The position numbers and the translations under genes are program-made. DNA of 64,000 nucleotides, taken from Candidatus Poribacteria bacterium. Lineage in GTDB: Bacteria; Poribacteria; WGA-4E; PCPOR2b. Below the pieces are notes generated by a model, which was not told where the DNA came from, searched no databases, and was given only the letters and a program-made list of their open reading frames with translations. Below are positions 9,102 through 19,545 of the stretch, one piece after another (the first letter of the stretch is position 1; each line of letters begins with the position of its first letter). The DNA is taken from contig OZ240245.1 of NCBI GenBank assembly GCA_965198175.1, positions 2,976,001 to 3,040,000 of the forward strand, read 5' to 3'.

Positions 9102-10076
9102 ATGAAAATCGGCATTACTGGCGGCGACCCCGCGGGAATCGGGCTCGAAGTCGTTCTTGGGGCGTTGCCTTCGCTACTATCACGGGCAGAGTGGATTCTC
9201 TATACCGATACCGCCGACTTCAAGCAAAACATAGATTGTTTTGCACCGGACCTCCCATGGGCTGTCCTTGAGGACAACTGCCGCACCGAAGCGGGCTGCC
9301 TTTGGCTCCGATCGACCGGTAACGGCACCGCGACCGCTTGGGGCGCAGTCTCTGCTCAGACTGGACAACGCGCCCTGATCGCGCTTCAAGCCGCAAGCCG
9401 AGATGCCCGGTCCGGTGACATCGACGCCATGGTGACTGCACCTCTCAGCAAGCAAGCCGTTGGGAACGGGTTTTCTGGTCACACGGAGTTTCTCAAGCGC
9501 GACGCAGGTGCGCAGCAGGTAGCGATGTCATTCTTCACCCAGACCTTCAAGGTGGTCCTGGCGACAACGCACCTGTCGGTGGTAGACGCAATCGCGTCTC
9601 TATCTCGGTCGATTTACCGGAAACTGATTCGGCTCATTGACGCGGAATTCCGCCGATTTGCATATCCCCGACCAAGGATTGCCGTAGCAGCGGTCAACCC
9701 CCATGCGGGTGAAGGCGGTATGTTCGGAAACGAAGATCGGGATGTTCTCGCACCCGCTGTTTGCGACTGCGTCGCTGAAGGCATCCTCGTTTCGGGGCCG
9801 TTTCCCGCCGACAGCCTGTATCCGCGGGCGTATGCGGGCGAATTCGATGTCGTCCTCGCACCGTATCACGATCAGGGGCTGATACCGATCAAACTCATCG
9901 CACCGCGTTCAGCAGCCAATGTGACCCTCGGTCTGCCGTATATCCGTACCTCGCCCGACCACGGCACCGCGTTCGACATTGCCGGACGCGGACAAGCCGA
10001 CCCAGGCGGGATGCTGACTGCGATGCAGTGGGCGCTCGAACTTCGCGAAAGGTTAGCGGGTGCCGGCAAGCGATGA
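9102..10076 (+). CDS. pdxA: 4-hydroxythreonine-4-phosphate dehydrogenase (PdxA family)
   Basis: GDPAGIG, GHTEFL, NPHAGE, YHDQGLIP, TLGLPYIRTSPDHGTAFDIAG. Confidence 0.94.
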   Translation: MKIGITGGDPAGIGLEVVLGALPSLLSRAEWILYTDTADFKQNIDCFAPDLPWAVLEDNCRTEAGCLWLRSTGNGTATAWGAVSAQTGQRALIALQAASRDARSGDIDAMVTAPLSKQAVGNGFSGHTEFLKRDAGAQQVAMSFFTQTFKVVLATTHLSVVDAIASLSRSIYRKLIRLIDAEFRRFAYPRPRIAVAAVNPHAGEGGMFGNEDRDVLAPAVCDCVAEGILVSGPFPADSLYPRAYAGEFDVVLAPYHDQGLIPIKLIAPRSAANVTLGLPYIRTSPDHGTAFDIAGRGQADPGGMLTAMQWALELRERLAGAGKR

Positions 10077-10236
10077 GGTACAGGTGGCACCACCGTATCT
10101 CTCATAAAACGCTCAATTCCTCTATTTTCTTTTTCTTTGATATGTGCTATAATGATTGGCGTCTCTAAACCGATAAATCTCGTTAGAAATTATCATTGAG
10201 GAATGAATCTGCTGACCAATGTGGAGGAATATTGAA

Positions 10237-11055
10237 ATGAAAGCTATCTCGACAACACGCACCTTATTCAGTTTAATCGTCATGGGGCTGATGTTTAGCG
10301 GTCTCTCGTATTCCCAGATTGCATTTGATGACGTTGTCTCACGTTGGGACTTCGATCAGGGTGACGGTACGCAAGATTCCGTCGGCGGGCATAACGGGAA
10401 ACTCAAAGGCGACCCGAAATTGGTAGACGGCAAATTCAAAAAAGCGATGAGTTTCGACGGCAAAAGCTTTATGCAAGTTGATCCAAAACCTTTCAAATTC
10501 AATGAGCCACAAAATTTCTCCGTCTCCGTGTGGGTCAAGGTCGAAGCGCGGTCGGGATGGCAGCGAATCTACAATTGCTGGCGTTGGGGCGGTTACTTTC
10601 TGGGCGAACTCGCTGGTAACGGCGGAATTGAATTGAGAATGGAGCGTAATGTTCCCAACTGCGATGTCAACCCCGCAGGTTGTTTGCTGATTCCTGTCGA
10701 GGATGTGCCGCTCGGTGAGTGGATTCATGTTGCATTTTCCGTCGACTGGGAGGACAAGGCAAGACTTTACGCGAACGGTGAAGAAAAAGCTAGTGCAAAG
10801 ATTGATGGTCCCTTCCAATATTGGTCCCGTCTGCATAATGAGGATACAACGGTTGACACATTAGGAATCGGCGCCAGAATAGACAACGGTCCGACCGAAT
10901 TCTTCCACGGCGACATTGACCAGCTTGTAGTCTTCAGCGTTGCACTGACTGACGATGAAATCGAGACCATTTTTGAGGATGGGTTAGGTAATGTGCTCAC
11001 GGTTTCTCCCACAGGCAAACTCGCCACAACATGGGGCACACTCAAAACAAAGTAA
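10237..11055 (+). CDS. Secreted LamG/concanavalin A-like protein with C-terminal KLATTWG motif
   Basis: Signal peptide, GKFKKAMSFDG, FSVSVWVK, GEWIHVA, LYANG, FHGDIDQL; ends VSPTGKLATTWGTLKTK. Extended -10 TGCTATAAT at 10145-10153. Start could be 10219. Confidence 0.85.
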   Translation: MKAISTTRTLFSLIVMGLMFSGLSYSQIAFDDVVSRWDFDQGDGTQDSVGGHNGKLKGDPKLVDGKFKKAMSFDGKSFMQVDPKPFKFNEPQNFSVSVWVKVEARSGWQRIYNCWRWGGYFLGELAGNGGIELRMERNVPNCDVNPAGCLLIPVEDVPLGEWIHVAFSVDWEDKARLYANGEEKASAKIDGPFQYWSRLHNEDTTVDTLGIGARIDNGPTEFFHGDIDQLVVFSVALTDDEIETIFEDGLGNVLTVSPTGKLATTWGTLKTK

Positions 11056-11094
11056 GCGGCATCTTTTTGTTTCAGACTCACAGAATTTTTATTT

Positions 11095-11282
11095 CAGGAC
11101 TTACGGAGTGGAACACTCAATGGGATGACAATATCTGTAGGATCAACCGACCGAATAGGGAGGGCGATAGTCCTGCTTAGCTTCCTAGTCCCGAAGGTCG
11201 GGACAGGGATGTCCCTCCTAACAGGAGCAGAAGGGCAACCCCCCTTATCAAGGGGGAAAGGTGTTTGACTGCATAAGTCATA
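11095..11282. mobile_element. MITE/REP-like composite element
   Basis: Imperfect terminal inverted repeats CAGGACTTACGGAGTGGAACAC and GTGTTTGACTGCATAAGTCATA. Contains a CCCCCTT...AAGGGGG hairpin and motifs that recur elsewhere in the window. Confidence 0.5.
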
Positions 11283-11566
11283 TATTTTTTCTGTTTTGTT
11301 ATAATTGTGTTATTTTTATGCTATAATGATTGACGATTCCAATGGGGGAAGTCGAGCTAGAGAATTTTGAGCCGGTGCCAATGTGTTGCCCGGCGATTTG
11401 TCGAACAATGTTGATATTAGGATTGATAACGTGGAGTTCAAATGGTATCATTTTATTCGTAAGAAGTATGTCAATGTTGAAATGGAAACTCGCGGCCACC
11501 CTCGTGGTGGCAGCAATCTCACTAGATTAAAACATCTGTCACTACATTTAGGAGAATGTCTCTATT

Positions 11567-14140
11567 ATGAAACACAAATTTTGGTTTAAACCCCTTGTCC
11601 TCGCGCTCGGTTTCGCGGTGTTGCTCTTGTTGAGCGACTCGCTGGTTGCCCTCGCGCAGGATTCACAGGATTCAGAAGAAGATATGGAATCTGGTGCGCC
11701 AGTCATTGAGCTCGAAGAACAAGTGGTAATCGGTTCAAGAGCGCAACCCCGTTCTGTCATTGATTCGGCGGTGCCGGTTGACACCATTCGCGGTGATGAT
11801 CTCGCCAAGCAAGGTGTCACGGATTTACAAGACATGTTTAGAAACTTGGTGCCTTCCTACAATGTCAACATCCAGCCAATCAGCGATGCGGGAACGGTTG
11901 TTCGACCTGCAAATTTACGAGGACTGGCGCCGGACCACACACTGGTGCTTGTCAACAATAAACGGCGTCACCGTGCGGCGGTGATTCACTGGCTAGGCAA
12001 TGGCTTGGCTGATGGCGCACAGGGACCTGACCTGTCTGCCATCCCAGCAATCGCGCTGAGACAGGTGGAGATACTACGGGACGGTGCAGCAGCCCAATAT
12101 GGTTCCGATGCCATCGCAGGTGTGATGAACTTCCAACTCAAAGACAGCCATGAGGGCGGCTCCATTGAATTCAAACCTGGTATTTATCAGTATGGGGATG
12201 GTCGTTCCTACGCAGTCGCTGGCAATATCGGTTTGGGTAGCGAGGAAACTTGGGCAAATCTGAGCTTGGAATATGGCGGTTCAGACCCGACTATCCGCTC
12301 CGTACAACGAGATGATGCCATAGATTTAGAGGGTGCTGGCAATATCAACGTGAGAAACCCGGCGCAAATTTGGGGACAACCCATTACAGAAGGAGACCTT
12401 AAATTCTTCGCCAACTATGGGAGCGTCCTCACGGATAACATTGATTTCTATGGGCATGCCAACTATGCCAGTAAACGAGTCGACGGCGGATTCTATTTCC
12501 GAAATCCCAATACCCGCAGCGGCGTGTTTAGCACTGACGGGGGTGAAACTTTGCTCGTTGGGAATTTGGCAGGAGGGGAATATCCCAACATCCCCATCAC
12601 CGACAATAAGCCTGACCCGGAGGAGTTGGCAAAGGTTTTTGCAGATCCCAATTTATTCACCTTCCAGGAGATGTTCCCGGGCGGGTTCACACCGAGATTT
12701 GGGGCAGACGCAGTGGATAGCTCTGTTCTCATCGGGCTTAAAGGCACCGCTTTGGAAGCGATGCTTACCTCAGGATTAGGCTGGGATTTGAGTGCCTATT
12801 TTGGACGGCACCATGCCGATTTCTTTATCTACAACACCGTCAACGCCTCGCTTGGTCCGGATACGCCGACCGATTTTAATCCGGGTGACTACATCCAGAC
12901 CGATTACAACCTTAACTTTGATGTGACGCACGAGCTTAGCGACATGCTGTTCCTGGCTTCGGGGCTGGAATATCGAAACGAGGGTTTTGAAGTGGTTGAG
13001 GGCCAAAGAGAATCCTATCAAATTGGTCCGTTGGCGGGCCAAGGCTTCAGTGCTGCCTCCAACGGATTTTCAGGATTTGGTCAACTTACCGCGGGCGAAT
13101 GGAACCGCGCCAACGTTGCCGCCTATTTGGAAAGCGAAATTAGACCGCATAAGCACTGGTTGGTCGGTGTTGCTGTCCGAGGTGAAGACTTTGAAGATTT
13201 CGGACAGACCTTCAACTATAAGGTCGCCACAAATGTCGGCGTTACAGATTTCCTTGAAGACGCCGGTATGATCGGAAATGACGAGATGGTCCTGAAATTC
13301 CGTGGCAGTTATAGCACTGGATTTAGGGCACCGACGCCAGGGCAACAAAACACCTTCAACGTTACCACCGAATTCAATTTTGACAAGGATGATTTGGTCA
13401 ATAACGGAACCATCCCTTCAACTAACAAAGCCGCTGCGTTGGTGGGTGGTAAGGCGCTTGAGCCAGAAACCTCCACAAACTTCACCAGCGGTTTCACCTT
13501 TGAGGTGAGGGACATAAACCTTACCATAGACCTGTTTGATATTCGAATGCAGGACCGGTTAGCCCTGTCCCAAGACTTTGCACTGACCGAAGAACAGAAG
13601 GTGGAGTTGCTTAAGGCCGGTGTGACCAGCGCGGCGAACCTACAGGAATTCCGATTCTTTACTAACGACTTCGATACAACAACCCAAGGTGTTGATGTCG
13701 TCCTCACGGTCCCCGTACCGAATGGCGATGTCATCGCTGTTTATAATCGCACAGAGACGACGGTTACCGATTTCAATCCGGTAACGCTCGATGACCTGCG
13801 GATCAAAGAATTGGAAGAGAACCTGCCGAAACAGCGTGGGAGTCTCACGGTAACACAATCTATAACCAGCCAATGGAGCGTGCTGGGTCGGGGCAGTTAT
13901 TACGGTGATTGGTACGATTCTGAGGATGATGAAACGTATACCGGCAAGGTGCTTTATGACCTGGAAACGAGTTACCTAGCGAGTTCCGGCATCATCATAA
14001 CGCTCGGTGTCCAGAATCTCCTCAACACCTATCCCGATGAAAATCCGAAGTCCGGTAATATTGGCAACCAATACGGTCAATTCAGTCCGTTCGGATTTAA
14101 CGGCGCGTTCTGGTATTCTAAGTTCGGTTATAGTTTCTAA
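11567..14140 (+). CDS. TonB-dependent receptor
   Basis: Signal peptide, VVIGSR, plug motifs (LRGL.PDHTLVLVN, VEILRDGAAAQYGSDAIAGV), GFRAPT, C-terminal YSF. Confidence 0.95.
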   Translation: MKHKFWFKPLVLALGFAVLLLLSDSLVALAQDSQDSEEDMESGAPVIELEEQVVIGSRAQPRSVIDSAVPVDTIRGDDLAKQGVTDLQDMFRNLVPSYNVNIQPISDAGTVVRPANLRGLAPDHTLVLVNNKRRHRAAVIHWLGNGLADGAQGPDLSAIPAIALRQVEILRDGAAAQYGSDAIAGVMNFQLKDSHEGGSIEFKPGIYQYGDGRSYAVAGNIGLGSEETWANLSLEYGGSDPTIRSVQRDDAIDLEGAGNINVRNPAQIWGQPITEGDLKFFANYGSVLTDNIDFYGHANYASKRVDGGFYFRNPNTRSGVFSTDGGETLLVGNLAGGEYPNIPITDNKPDPEELAKVFADPNLFTFQEMFPGGFTPRFGADAVDSSVLIGLKGTALEAMLTSGLGWDLSAYFGRHHADFFIYNTVNASLGPDTPTDFNPGDYIQTDYNLNFDVTHELSDMLFLASGLEYRNEGFEVVEGQRESYQIGPLAGQGFSAASNGFSGFGQLTAGEWNRANVAAYLESEIRPHKHWLVGVAVRGEDFEDFGQTFNYKVATNVGVTDFLEDAGMIGNDEMVLKFRGSYSTGFRAPTPGQQNTFNVTTEFNFDKDDLVNNGTIPSTNKAAALVGGKALEPETSTNFTSGFTFEVRDINLTIDLFDIRMQDRLALSQDFALTEEQKVELLKAGVTSAANLQEFRFFTNDFDTTTQGVDVVLTVPVPNGDVIAVYNRTETTVTDFNPVTLDDLRIKELEENLPKQRGSLTVTQSITSQWSVLGRGSYYGDWYDSEDDETYTGKVLYDLETSYLASSGIIITLGVQNLLNTYPDENPKSGNIGNQYGQFSPFGFNGAFWYSKFGYSF

Positions 14141-14226
14141 CATAGTTCAGTAGTCAGTAGTTTGGGTTTCACTATATTTGTGGGGCTTCAAGCAGAATCG
14201 AACCTCTGCGTTGGCAAGTCGGCTAG

Positions 14227-14288
14227 GAGCACGGTGGAGTTGGTCTTGATGGGCAACAAAGATCCCCTCCAGCCGTGCTCTTTTTTTT
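14227..14288 (+). terminator. Intrinsic terminator
   Basis: GAGCACGG...CCGTGCTC stem followed by T8. Confidence 0.65.
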
Positions 14289-14545
14289 GATGTACACTGC
14301 AACACGTCACGGTCCCGTCATTATCGGTGACTTTAGACCAGCTTATGTTTTTGTCATACGGTTATCCCCCAAACGCTAGACAGTTGAATAAACCGAAAAT
14401 TAACCTTCTCCCCCTCCTTGCACTTTGCTATTAAACATTGACTTGTGACACTTGTGCTACGAAGTTGTATCACTCCTACAACAGCATCCCCTCATACAAT
14501 CTTGGTATCCCCAACCCCATGTTACGATGTCGCGAGATTCGGTTT

Positions 14546-14561
14546 TGGCATCTTAATTGCT
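14546..14561 (+). promoter_or_regulatory. Putative sigma54 (-24/-12) promoter
   Basis: TGGCATCTTAATTGCT, GG and GC at canonical spacing, upstream of the gene at 14718. Confidence 0.55.
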
Positions 14562-14717
14562 TTCTTCAAGATAAGCGCTAGTAATTTTACTTCAGCGCAA
14601 TTGGAACGAATTCACCTTTAATCCTTTTCAAGCCCGTTCAAACGATAGGGGTATGTTTATTTTCAACTGGATTGTGCGGAATAAATTCCGTTCGATCACA
14701 TATTAGGAGGAGTCATA

Positions 14718-15293
14718 ATGAAGAGTTGTTGTTTCATCGCTTTATTGGCATTCGTAACAATCATTAGTTGCTTAGGGCTCAAATCGTCTGAGGCATTAGC
14801 AGATACCCACACAAGCGAAGCGACTGCAGATGATAGTGCAGGGAAGTTTGGAATCGGGTTTCACAGTACCTTTCCACTTAGTGGTATCAGTGCCAAGTAT
14901 TGGGCACCAACAGGGATAGGTTTTCAGGGATTCCTTATGCGCGCGGGTTTTTCTGTACCAACTGAAGATATCTCCGCGTCAATGACCATGCTCGGTGGCA
15001 GATTCTTGTACACGGTTCAGAAGAAGTCACGAGCCAGACTTTATCTTGGGGGCGGCCTGAATTACGCAGATGCAAGCGCACGCGAAGATGACGAAGAAAT
15101 CTCCGGTGGTAGCGGTTTAGGGTTTGAAGGGGTTGGGGGAGTTGAATATTCTTTTAGCGATCTCCCAAATCTTGGTTTTGCATTTGAGTTTGGAATTAAT
15201 TTCCTTCGACTCAGTGCAGAAGAATATGAAGATGACGAATTAAACTTACACTTTACAACTTCAGGAACAGTTGGTATCCATTATTACTTCTAG
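14718..15293 (+). CDS. Small outer-membrane beta-barrel protein
   Basis: SD AGGAGG, signal peptide, alternating Gly/aromatic strands, C-terminal GIHYYF. Confidence 0.8.
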   Translation: MKSCCFIALLAFVTIISCLGLKSSEALADTHTSEATADDSAGKFGIGFHSTFPLSGISAKYWAPTGIGFQGFLMRAGFSVPTEDISASMTMLGGRFLYTVQKKSRARLYLGGGLNYADASAREDDEEISGGSGLGFEGVGGVEYSFSDLPNLGFAFEFGINFLRLSAEEYEDDELNLHFTTSGTVGIHYYF

Positions 15294-15637
15294 GTACCTG
15301 TCTGGAAACATTCCAAATAGAGCGTGTTACTAGCTTGTGTTAGCCGACTATGCCGGCAGGGGCAACGAGCTAACAGCACGCTCCGCTCCTCCCATCAAAG
15401 CTTGGTTCTCCGCTGAATCGTCTTCAGAACTTGGGAAGCAGGTACTCTCCCCGCCAAATCCACTCTGCAAACGTGGCGCGCCATCCTGTGTTTTTTCCTG
15501 TGCACTATTCCTCTTGTCGAAACGAATCTTCTCCCAACTATGAATACGAGTTGGCGACAAGTATCTCCTAGGATATTACGATTCCAGCTCTATATCCCCT
15601 CTCGCAAAACTGAGGTCAGCCGCGCTGAGGTTTTTTC

Positions 15638-15666
15638 TTGCAATTATTATCGCGCTGTGCTAAAAT
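15638..15666 (+). promoter_or_regulatory. Sigma70-type promoter of the EF-G paralog
   Basis: TTGCAA-N17-TAAAAT with extended -10 TG. Confidence 0.6.
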
Positions 15667-15713
15667 CACTCGCTGTGAGGTCAATCCATTGATAAGGAGA
15701 TAGGTCCAAGGAT

Positions 15714-17783
15714 ATGCATGAATACGAAACAGAACAGATTCGAAACATCGGGGTTGTTTCGCACTCCAGCGCGGGGAAAACTTCTCTGATTGAAGCGATA
15801 CTCTCCAACGGAGGCGCAGTTGAACGAATGGGGCAAGTGGATGATGGGAACACAGTTGCCGATTACGCCCCGGACGAAATTGCACGCAAAACGACAATTA
15901 ACTGTTCTGTGTGTATTGCCGAATGGAGGGGACACAAACTCAATCTCATTGATACACCCGGCGCGGAAGATTTTTACGGCGATCTTAATAGCGTACTTCG
16001 CGTCGTAGACGCGATAGTAGTGCTGATTGATGCAACAACCGGCGTTGAAGGTGGAACGGAGAAAGTTTGGGAAATCGCCGATAAGTACGAGCTACCAAGG
16101 CTGGTTTTTGTCAACAAAATGGATAAAGAGAACGCGAATTTTGACAACGCCCTAGCCAGTACCAGAGAGATTCTCGAAACAAATACGACGCCGCTGCAGA
16201 CACCGATTGGCAAAGAGGACAACTTTACAGGTGTTGTGGATCTAGTTCAGATGGGAGTATTCACGGAACCCAATGGAAATAAGCCAGCGGCGAAAGCGGA
16301 CATTCCGGCAGATTTACAGGAGCAAGCGGACGTGTCCCGTGAACAACTTGTTGAGGCTGCTGCGGAGAATGATGATGTTCTCATTGAGAAGTTCTTTGAA
16401 GGTACACTAACTGAAGAAGAAATCCTCACAGGGCTTAGCGCAGGCATCCGCGCCAATCAGTTCATCCCGGTGCTCTGCGGTTCTGCGATAAACAACATCG
16501 GTGTTCAACCGCTGATGGACATATTGATAAACTGCTTCCCATCGCCAGTTGAGGCAAAACCGGTTGTAAGCGTAGACGGAGAGACAAATCGAGAGCCCTC
16601 CTCTGACTCGCCCATGGCGGCTATGGTTTTCAAAACACTGGCGGATCCGTTTGCAGGACGTCTGAGTCTCTTCCGAGTTTATTCCGGAATTCTCAAGGGT
16701 GATTCGCAAGTCTACAACGTGGGACAAGATAAGAACGAGCGCGTCGGAAAACTTTCGTTTATGAACGGGAAAACTCTGACAAGCACGGCGCAAATCGGTG
16801 CGGGAGACATCGGCGTCGTCCCTAAGCTGGCTCTGACACAGACAGGTAACACGCTCTGTGAAGTCGGGCAGAAGATTCAACTCCCCGGCATTGAATTTCC
16901 CAAACCCGTGATTTCATTTTCAATCCACCCCGCACGCGAAGGGGATGATGAAAAACTGATAACGACTCTCAACCGAATGTCGGAGGAAGATCCAGCGTTT
17001 CAAATTGAGCGAAACGAAACGACCAAACAGTTATTGGTCGCCGGCATGGGAGAGGTACATATTAGTGTGATACGCGCTCGGATGAAGGACAAGTTCGGAC
17101 TTGAAACAACGGTAGAAATCCCAAAGGTGCCCTATCAAGAAACAATTCGCAGCCGCGTAGCCAACGTACGGGGTCGATACAAACGTCAATCGGGCGGACG
17201 CGGGCAATTTGGAGACGTATGGATTAATCTTGCACCTCTGGAACGCGGCAGTGGTTTCGAGTTTCTCAACAACATTGTGGGCGGCTCCATTCCACGAAAC
17301 TATATTCCGGCAGTCGAAAAAGGCATCCGCGAGTCAATGGCTCAAGGCATACTAGCGGGCTATCCCGTCGTTGACTTCCAAGTCGATCTCTTCGATGGTA
17401 AACACCATCCTGTTGATTCTTCGGATTTCGCCTTCCAAATCGCTGGATCCTTTGCGTTCAGGGAGGCAGCCAACGAAGCAAGACCGGTTCTGCTCGAACC
17501 AATTATGGACGTGACCATATCCGTTCCGGATCAGTTCATGGGAGATGTTATCGGCGATCTCAACAGCAAACGTGGTCGAGTCATGGGAGTGGAGCAGGCG
17601 GGCAGGCGTCAGGTCATCCAAGTACACGTCCCGCTGGTGGAGATGTTCCGCTATTCGATCGATCTTAAATCCATAACGAGCGCGCGAGGTAGCTTCACCA
17701 TGGAATTTTCACGCTATGAAGAAGTTCCCGACGAAATTGCCCAAAAGATTGTTGAGCAATCGAAAACAGAGACTGAAGAGTAG
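15714..17783 (+). CDS. fusA: Elongation factor G paralog (EF-G II type)
   Basis: Full EF-G architecture (DTPG, NKMD, KRQSGGRGQFG, HPVDSS, LLEPIM). Divergent G1/G2 motifs (HSSAGKTS, ARKTTI) and location outside the str operon. Confidence 0.9.
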   Translation: MHEYETEQIRNIGVVSHSSAGKTSLIEAILSNGGAVERMGQVDDGNTVADYAPDEIARKTTINCSVCIAEWRGHKLNLIDTPGAEDFYGDLNSVLRVVDAIVVLIDATTGVEGGTEKVWEIADKYELPRLVFVNKMDKENANFDNALASTREILETNTTPLQTPIGKEDNFTGVVDLVQMGVFTEPNGNKPAAKADIPADLQEQADVSREQLVEAAAENDDVLIEKFFEGTLTEEEILTGLSAGIRANQFIPVLCGSAINNIGVQPLMDILINCFPSPVEAKPVVSVDGETNREPSSDSPMAAMVFKTLADPFAGRLSLFRVYSGILKGDSQVYNVGQDKNERVGKLSFMNGKTLTSTAQIGAGDIGVVPKLALTQTGNTLCEVGQKIQLPGIEFPKPVISFSIHPAREGDDEKLITTLNRMSEEDPAFQIERNETTKQLLVAGMGEVHISVIRARMKDKFGLETTVEIPKVPYQETIRSRVANVRGRYKRQSGGRGQFGDVWINLAPLERGSGFEFLNNIVGGSIPRNYIPAVEKGIRESMAQGILAGYPVVDFQVDLFDGKHHPVDSSDFAFQIAGSFAFREAANEARPVLLEPIMDVTISVPDQFMGDVIGDLNSKRGRVMGVEQAGRRQVIQVHVPLVEMFRYSIDLKSITSARGSFTMEFSRYEEVPDEIAQKIVEQSKTETEE

Positions 17784-17813
17784 CCGATACGCGAATCTGA
17801 GTGGTATACAGCC

Positions 17814-17865
17814 AAAGGCATCCTTGAAGAATACAGTAATGTGTTTCGAGGATGCCTTTTGTTTT
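17814..17865. terminator. Terminator between convergent genes
   Basis: AAAGGCATCCT...AGGATGCCTTTT followed by a T-rich tail. Confidence 0.65.
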
Positions 17866-17948
17866 CGTAGTGAAGAATGATGTTTAGGCTAGAAATTGTG
17901 GAAAAGGATGTTGCGGTGGAGCAATACGGCGGGATTCGGTTGTTTCGA

Positions 17949-18407
17949 TTAACTAAGGTTTTCCTCCTTGCCATATAACAGAATCGGTGGACGATTGAAT
18001 CGCGCCCGAATCTTGTTGGCTGAAGCAAGCAACACTGGGCGTGCAATCAGTTTGCGCTCAATTTTTCGCTTTCGAGGAAAATCGCAGAGAATTACTCCCA
18101 CAAGGATAGTCAGTACACCTTGCCCTGGGCCTATTAACATTATTAATCCAATGAACAGCGCAATCACACCGAATATGTTTTTCAGAATTCGCAGTAAGAT
18201 TCGAAGAATCGGGTTTGACACAATGCTGATATGATTCTTACGAGTGAAATAATCTGCCGGTAGGCAAATGACTAATGCCAAGATGCTGAGAATACTGACA
18301 ATCAGGGTAATTGCGGACAGAACAAAAATCGCTATCACGTGAGTTTTGACCCAGAGGACAATCGTCTGAATCCACGTGAGTTCTTCCATATTCATCCTTT
18401 TTTGCAA
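17949..18407 (-). CDS. PGPGW-family transmembrane protein
   Basis: LPADYF and KN..G....IGLIML.GPGQG.LTILVG...DFP pattern, TM helices. Start uncertain. Confidence 0.75.
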   Translation of the reverse strand: MQKRMNMEELTWIQTIVLWVKTHVIAIFVLSAITLIVSILSILALVICLPADYFTRKNHISIVSNPILRILLRILKNIFGVIALFIGLIMLIGPGQGVLTILVGVILCDFPRKRKIERKLIARPVLLASANKIRARFNRPPILLYGKEENLS

Positions 18408-18450
18408 TTCGTTCTTTATGCCTGCAATGATTTAATAATTCACGCAACTC

Positions 18451-19458
18451 TTAGACTTGGGCAGTTGGTTCTTGCACAGTGTCCAGCAAGTGGGAGACTA
18501 CCGAATTGGAGTTGATGCCTTCTGCTTCAGCGTGAAAGTTGGTGAGCACGCGGTGCCGTAAAACGACGTGCGCCATCGATCTAACGTCCTCGCACGAAGC
18601 GTTGAACCGCCCATGTAGAATCGCCCGCGCTTTCGCACCGAGGATAAGGGATTGTCCAGCGCGAGGACCTGCTCCCCATCTCACCCACTGTTGAATAAAG
18701 TCCGGGGCATTTTTGTCGTGAGGACGGGTCGCCCGCGTGAGTTTGACCGCATATTGGATAACGTTATTAGCCGCAGGCACCTGCCGGACAATTTTGTTTA
18801 ATTCCATGATGTCCTCGCCTGAGAGTGCTGACTCAAGTTCAGGTTCATTGACGCTTGTCGTGGACGAAACAATAACAAACTCTTCATCTTCGCTGGGGTA
18901 GTTAATTACAATCTTGAACATAAAACGATCCAACTGCGCCTCTGGCAGCGGATACGTACCTTCCTGCTCAATCGGATTTTGTGTTGCGAGCACGAAGAAT
19001 GGTTGTCGCAAAGGATATGGTGTTCCCCCCGCAGTAACGTGATATTCCTGCATCGCTTCAAGCAGTGCCGCTTGCGTTTTGGGAGGCGTGCGGTTAATTT
19101 CATCGGCAAGCAGGATGTTGGCGAATATTGGACCCTGGATGAAACGAACCTCGCGGTGACCTGTCGACCGATCCTCCTCCAAAACATCTGTACCTATAAT
19201 GTCCGCGGGCATCAAATCCGGCGTGAACTGAATTCTCTTGAACTGCAGATTAAGAATCTGTGCAAGTGTCTTAATCATCAGCGTTTTAGCGAGGCCGGGT
19301 ACCCCTTCAAGAAGGCAGTGTCCACCCGCGAAGAACGTGATAAGAATCTGGTCGATAATGCCCTCTTGACCAACGATTACTTTTTTCAACTGTTTCAGAA
19401 TTAAGTCTCTGCCGCCTATTAGTTTATCGATAGCTTGAATCTCTTCCGTCGCTGGCAT
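18451..19458 (-). CDS. MoxR family AAA+ ATPase
   Basis: [62 protein letters not shown]. Confidence 0.96.
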   Translation of the reverse strand: MPATEEIQAIDKLIGGRDLILKQLKKVIVGQEGIIDQILITFFAGGHCLLEGVPGLAKTLMIKTLAQILNLQFKRIQFTPDLMPADIIGTDVLEEDRSTGHREVRFIQGPIFANILLADEINRTPPKTQAALLEAMQEYHVTAGGTPYPLRQPFFVLATQNPIEQEGTYPLPEAQLDRFMFKIVINYPSEDEEFVIVSSTTSVNEPELESALSGEDIMELNKIVRQVPAANNVIQYAVKLTRATRPHDKNAPDFIQQWVRWGAGPRAGQSLILGAKARAILHGRFNASCEDVRSMAHVVLRHRVLTNFHAEAEGINSNSVVSHLLDTVQEPTAQV

Positions 19459-19545
19459 GTGGTTTACCCCTTAGCACAAGCAAAAACATAATGTGTAATG
19501 CAGATTGCCTGATGCGTAATCTGCGAATTTGCAGCGCCCACTTTT

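Noticed and set aside
11330..11566. Riboswitch upstream of the TonB receptor
   Set aside because: No cobalamin, TPP or other consensus recognised; only a short GCCACC/GGTGGC hairpin.
15337..15560. Small ORFs between the beta-barrel gene and the EF-G paralog
   Set aside because: No motif and no independent support on either strand.
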